51,124 nt of DNA, from assembly GCA_040754215.1 (NCBI GenBank), contig JBFMDE010000005.1, forward strand, positions 1-51,124, in the 5' to 3' direction. Both the position numbers and the translations under genes were made by a program. The stretch's first letter is position 1. The number at the start of each line of letters is the position of its first letter. Origin of the DNA: Chloroflexota bacterium (GTDB lineage Bacteria > Chloroflexota > Dehalococcoidia > JACPPY01). The notes beneath the pieces are model-generated. The model made no database searches. It was not told the DNA's origin and saw nothing but the letters and a program-made list of their open reading frames with translations. Below, piece by piece: positions 47,025-51,124 of the stretch.

Positions 47025-50000
47025 ATGACATTGCCCTACGGGTCAGAAGACACCAAGGTCGCAGTGCAGCCACCCGTCCAGTGGTTCCGGAACCGCGGAT
47101 TGTTCTCAGACCACTTCCTTCGGGCAAGGCTGCCCGAGTGGCCCGAATGGAAGGACGAAGGAGGGCTCAACTCGCTCCGTGGTGCATTGCTGTCCCTGTA
47201 CCACTCGAAAAAGGCCATACTCCCGAACCTAAACGAGGGCCAGACTGAGAAGGAGTTCATCCAACCTGTCTTGGATCTGCTGGGTTATGGAGACAGCTAC
47301 ATAGTCCAGACCTCGGCCAAGATTGCCAAGCAGACCACTCATCCGGATTACGCACTCTATCCCGATCCAGCCACCAAGGACAAAGCGTATCGCAAGCGTA
47401 AAGGCGTAGACTACAGCCAGTGCATTGGGATTGCCGACGCCAAGCACTGGGACAGGGACCTTGACCTTTCGAAAACGGACAGCAAGGACACGCTCACCAA
47501 CGTCAATCCCTCTTTCCAGATTGTAGGTTACCTGACCGCGACACAACGTAGGTGGGGCATCCTCACCAACGGCCGCCTGTGGCGGCTCTATTCTACTAAG
47601 TCGCGCGTGCCACTGCGCGACTCCTACCAGGTTGACTTGGTACAGATTCTGGAAGAGGGCACCGAAGAACAGCTCAAGTGGTTCATCCTATTCTTTGGAA
47701 AGAAGTCGCTTCTCCTGTCAGTGGACAATAAGTCGCTCCTCGACCGCGTCCTCGAAGGCAGCGCCGACTACGCCATTGAACTGGAAGCCCATATCAAGGA
47801 GCGCGCCTTTGAAGTTGTGGAGCACCTCTGCCGCGGCTTTGCTGCAAGTTTCATGCCCGAACAACTTACGGAGAACGCACTGGACGAGATCTATGACAGC
47901 TCGCTGATTCTTCTCTATCGTCTTCTGTTCGTCTTTTATGCCGAGGCCCGGGAACTATTGCCACTGACAACCAACACGAGCTATCGGGACAACTACAGCC
48001 TGAGCCGACTAGCCCAGAGCATCCATCAGACTACCAGCAAAGGGCAAGAGCTAAACACCAGCTCAACAGAGTACTACCAGAAGATCGCCGACCTCTTCCA
48101 CTTGATAGCTACTGGTGATGCTGGAGTGGGCATACCTGAATACAACGGTGGACTGTTCGACCCTGACGAACACCCTTTCCTGGAGCAACATGGCATTGCC
48201 GACGCATTTCTGGCCCCGGCCGTCCAAAGGCTGGCCCGCGTGCCAGACAAGAAGCTTCAGGAAGAAGTAGCTGTAGACTACAACACCCTCACCGAGCGCC
48301 ATCTGGGAAGCATCTACGAAGGGTTGCTGGAATTCAAATCGCGCATAGCGCCATGCGACCTTGTGGTCGTGAAAGAGAAGGGCGCAGTCAAATACGCCCC
48401 GGCCAAGGACTCACCCGGAAAGAAGGTGGAACTCAAGAAGGGCGAGCTATACCTGGCCAACGATAAGGGGGAGCGGAAGGCAACTGGCTCATACTATACT
48501 CCTGAACACATCGTTGACTACATCGTGGAGAATACCCTTGACCCGCTGGTCAAGGAGGCTCAACAGCAAGTCAAGGCTTTGAAGCCCGATGTCGACGCAT
48601 CGGTTGACAAGTGGGAAAAGTTGAAGGAACAAAGACAGGGTCACGAGCCGGTAGAGAAGTATGACCGAGAAATAAGCAAGGAGCGCGAACGCCTCTTGGG
48701 GCCATACCTCTCGTTGAAGGTTCTCGACCCGGCTATGGGCAGCGGGCATTTCCTGGCCCGGGCGACCAACTTCCTGGCTGAGGCCATTGCCACCGACCCG
48801 TGGGTTGAGTCGCCTGGAGGTTTTACCGACGGGTCGGACCTGGTGTACTACCGGAGACGGGTAGTAGAAAGCTGCATTTACGGAGTGGACCTCAACCCTC
48901 TGGCTGTCGAGTTGGCGAAACTCACGCTCTGGCTGACTACGATGGCGAAATCCAAGCCCCTCTCTTTCCTCAATCACCATCTTCGTGTAGGAAACAGTCT
49001 CATCGGAGCCAGGGTATCTGACCTGGATGAGGTGCCAAAGGCGAAGAAGAAGAGGGGGAAACCTTTCGATTTCAGCCGGGCACCGGTGCAGCTAGGTCTT
49101 TTCCAAGAAGCACTCAACAAGAAACTATACGACCTGCTCCAGAACCGGGCGCTTATTGCCCAGCTACCTACGGAGACATTGGAGGATGTACGTAACAAGG
49201 AAACGTGGGAGGCAGACTTTCAACACAACATGGAGCGTTTCCGCACCCTCGCCGATGTCTGGGCCAGTACCTACTTCGACAACAATGTTGACTGGGACCA
49301 ATACAACGCCTTGGTAGAGAATCTCCAGTCCTCCGAGCTGGCATGGGATAAGCTAGCGCAAAAGAAGTACATGCAGAACGCCCGCCGACTGGCAGAATAC
49401 TACCGGTTCTTCCACTGGGAACTGGAGTTCCCGGAGGTCTTCTACAACGAGAATGGCGAACGCAAAAGCCACGCTGGTTTTGATGCCATTATTGGCAATC
49501 CGCCATACGACGTTATTGCGGAGAAAGAGCAAGGGGTCGACGTCGGGCCATACAAGGACTTCTATGAGGACTGTGGATATCTGCGCCCTGCTTTGGGAGG
49601 CAAGCTGAACTACTACAGGCTCTTCAGTGCACTTAGCATACGGCTGGTCAGGCAAGATGGTCTCCACGGGTTCATAGTGCCCATGGCCCTTATCGGTGAC
49701 GCTCAGGCCGAGCCCCTTCGCAGATATCTGTTGACAAGCACGCAACTGCTCTTGGTAGATGCTTTTCCTCAGAAAGACGACCCCAACAATCGAGTGTTCC
49801 AGGACGCCAAGCTTCCGACGTGTGTCTATGTCCTACAGAAACAGAACCCTGCCAAGCCATTCTCGCTGCGTATTCACCCCGGGAAATACGTGGAAAATGC
49901 CACTCCTCAGGTCGCCATTACGAGAGAGGACCTAGAGCTACTGGACCCTCAGGGACTTAGTATACCGAGCGCACCCGGGAGCACGGCGAAACACATTGCT

Positions 50001-51050
50001 CTAGGCATCGCTCTTGCGAAACGTTGTCTAGGTCACCGGTTCGGCGAGATCGCATCTTCGCAGCAGGGGGAAGTGAATCTGACCACACACGCCGCTTTTT
50101 TGTCGGAGACTCTGGTTGGACCCGAAGTACTGCGGGGCGCCCATGTGGGTAGATATGAATTCAACAGCAAGCCTAAGCAAGGCACCCCGGTCTACGTTCG
50201 AATAGAGAAATTCCTGCAAGGCAGAGGCCACGACTCAAAAGCCTTCGACCATCAGGAGAGAAGGATAGGATATCAGCGAGGATCCGCCATAGACAATTGG
50301 CGGCGCATAATTGCCTGCGTGATTGAGCCAGGGAATTACTGCAGCGACACGATCAATTACATAGTGAGGCCTAAGGCTGATTTCTACTTTGTACTGGGTC
50401 TGCTCAACTCCAACCTATTCGAATGGCGTTTTCGCCTTACCAGCACGAATAACCATGTCAACTCATACGAAGTTGATGCCCTGCCACAATGGGCCATAAG
50501 GTGGACGACACCTCAACAGCAGCTGCAGGACCTTTTCGAGAAGGGCAAGAAACTGTACGGCGAGTTCCTTGAGACCGGAGATATTGTGAAGGTCATTTCC
50601 TTCGTGCAGCAGCGGTTACCTCGAAAGCAGGATGGTAGCGGCGATGTGGAGCATGAGCAGTCCGACGTGGTACACGCTTTGGTCAGCTTCCTTGCCGAGG
50701 AGATGACGCGACTCATGGATAAGAAGCGGGCTATAATCGGGGGCTTTTTGACCTGGCTGGAGAAAGAGATTCTGGGCGGCTCGGTTGAAGACCAGAAGAA
50801 CAAGACCAAAATCAGAGGCTTCCACGAGGGGACATTTGAGGGGTTGCTGGATACATTAAAGAGAAACGGAGCCGTGCCTGATCCCTGCCCGTCCCAGATG
50901 CGGCAGACAATCGAAACTGAGTTTTACACGGCCATGAATACTCTGAGCAAGCTGAAAGCTCGCATCGAGGCTACCGATAAGCTCATAGACCAGATAGTCT
51001 ATAAGCTATACGGGCTCACGGACGAGGAAACCGCGATCGTCGAAACGTAG
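47025..51050 (+). CDS. Type IIG-like fused restriction endonuclease / N6-adenine methyltransferase (Eco57I-like)
   Basis: N-terminal NEGQTE...PD...DAK...WGILTNG nuclease region. RKATGSYYTP, motif I DPAMGSGHF, YGVDLNP, FFHWELEFPEVF, motif IV GNPPY, TaqI_C-like TRD, C-terminal IDQIVYKLYGL. Confidence 0.9.
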   Translation: MTLPYGSEDTKVAVQPPVQWFRNRGLFSDHFLRARLPEWPEWKDEGGLNSLRGALLSLYHSKKAILPNLNEGQTEKEFIQPVLDLLGYGDSYIVQTSAKIAKQTTHPDYALYPDPATKDKAYRKRKGVDYSQCIGIADAKHWDRDLDLSKTDSKDTLTNVNPSFQIVGYLTATQRRWGILTNGRLWRLYSTKSRVPLRDSYQVDLVQILEEGTEEQLKWFILFFGKKSLLLSVDNKSLLDRVLEGSADYAIELEAHIKERAFEVVEHLCRGFAASFMPEQLTENALDEIYDSSLILLYRLLFVFYAEARELLPLTTNTSYRDNYSLSRLAQSIHQTTSKGQELNTSSTEYYQKIADLFHLIATGDAGVGIPEYNGGLFDPDEHPFLEQHGIADAFLAPAVQRLARVPDKKLQEEVAVDYNTLTERHLGSIYEGLLEFKSRIAPCDLVVVKEKGAVKYAPAKDSPGKKVELKKGELYLANDKGERKATGSYYTPEHIVDYIVENTLDPLVKEAQQQVKALKPDVDASVDKWEKLKEQRQGHEPVEKYDREISKERERLLGPYLSLKVLDPAMGSGHFLARATNFLAEAIATDPWVESPGGFTDGSDLVYYRRRVVESCIYGVDLNPLAVELAKLTLWLTTMAKSKPLSFLNHHLRVGNSLIGARVSDLDEVPKAKKKRGKPFDFSRAPVQLGLFQEALNKKLYDLLQNRALIAQLPTETLEDVRNKETWEADFQHNMERFRTLADVWASTYFDNNVDWDQYNALVENLQSSELAWDKLAQKKYMQNARRLAEYYRFFHWELEFPEVFYNENGERKSHAGFDAIIGNPPYDVIAEKEQGVDVGPYKDFYEDCGYLRPALGGKLNYYRLFSALSIRLVRQDGLHGFIVPMALIGDAQAEPLRRYLLTSTQLLLVDAFPQKDDPNNRVFQDAKLPTCVYVLQKQNPAKPFSLRIHPGKYVENATPQVAITREDLELLDPQGLSIPSAPGSTAKHIALGIALAKRCLGHRFGEIASSQQGEVNLTTHAAFLSETLVGPEVLRGAHVGRYEFNSKPKQGTPVYVRIEKFLQGRGHDSKAFDHQERRIGYQRGSAIDNWRRIIACVIEPGNYCSDTINYIVRPKADFYFVLGLLNSNLFEWRFRLTSTNNHVNSYEVDALPQWAIRWTTPQQQLQDLFEKGKKLYGEFLETGDIVKVISFVQQRLPRKQDGSGDVEHEQSDVVHALVSFLAEEMTRLMDKKRAIIGGFLTWLEKEILGGSVEDQKNKTKIRGFHEGTFEGLLDTLKRNGAVPDPCPSQMRQTIETEFYTAMNTLSKLKARIEATDKLIDQIVYKLYGLTDEETAIVET

Positions 51051-51124
51051 TCACTGGTTGCCGGTCGCAGAGCTACTCCTGGGCCTGCGCTCCTGTCAGC
51101 CGCTCTACCCAACCTAGATGCCCA

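Noticed and set aside
51073-51124. Possible 3' end of a convergent minus-strand gene (...GHLGWVERLTGAQAQE*)
   Set aside because: Only about 16 codons are visible at the window edge, too little to support a call.
1-51124. CRISPR array, IS element, integrase, prophage or rRNA
   Set aside because: No regularly spaced repeats, terminal inverted repeats, recombinase or transposase motifs, or rRNA-like sequence were seen by eye.

Overview
A gene-dense, GC-rich bacterial chromosome segment. Gene content and order suggest Chloroflexota, class Dehalococcoidia (inference). Most of it is core genome: tRNA-Glu, the PIN/TRAM-ispD-ispF-cysS operon, nfi, a frameshifted prfB, radC, sucCD, tRNA-Ser, nth, greA-lysS-serS, a probable Re-citrate synthase, tsaA, a GuaB3-type IMPDH, rsmI, metG, a polyprenyl synthase, ftsH and fdhD-tatA-tatA/B. 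It also holds an 11-subunit complex-I-like nuoABCDHIJKLMN operon that lacks nuoEFG and is interrupted by a DUF2007-like gene and a NUDIX gene. Both ends look accessory: a MalT-like LuxR regulator just past tRNA-Glu, and a defence-like cassette from about 45.4 kb onward. That cassette has a Type IIG-like fused restriction-modification enzyme, a divergent PD-(D/E)XK-like nuclease, an 84-aa ORF and two small basic ORFs that the ORF track does not resolve. Other highlights are an in-frame RlmD-Maf fusion and a 6S-like structured RNA with a REP-like hairpin at its tip. No CRISPR array, rRNA, transposase or integrase was seen. All assignments come from reading motifs by eye; no searches were run.
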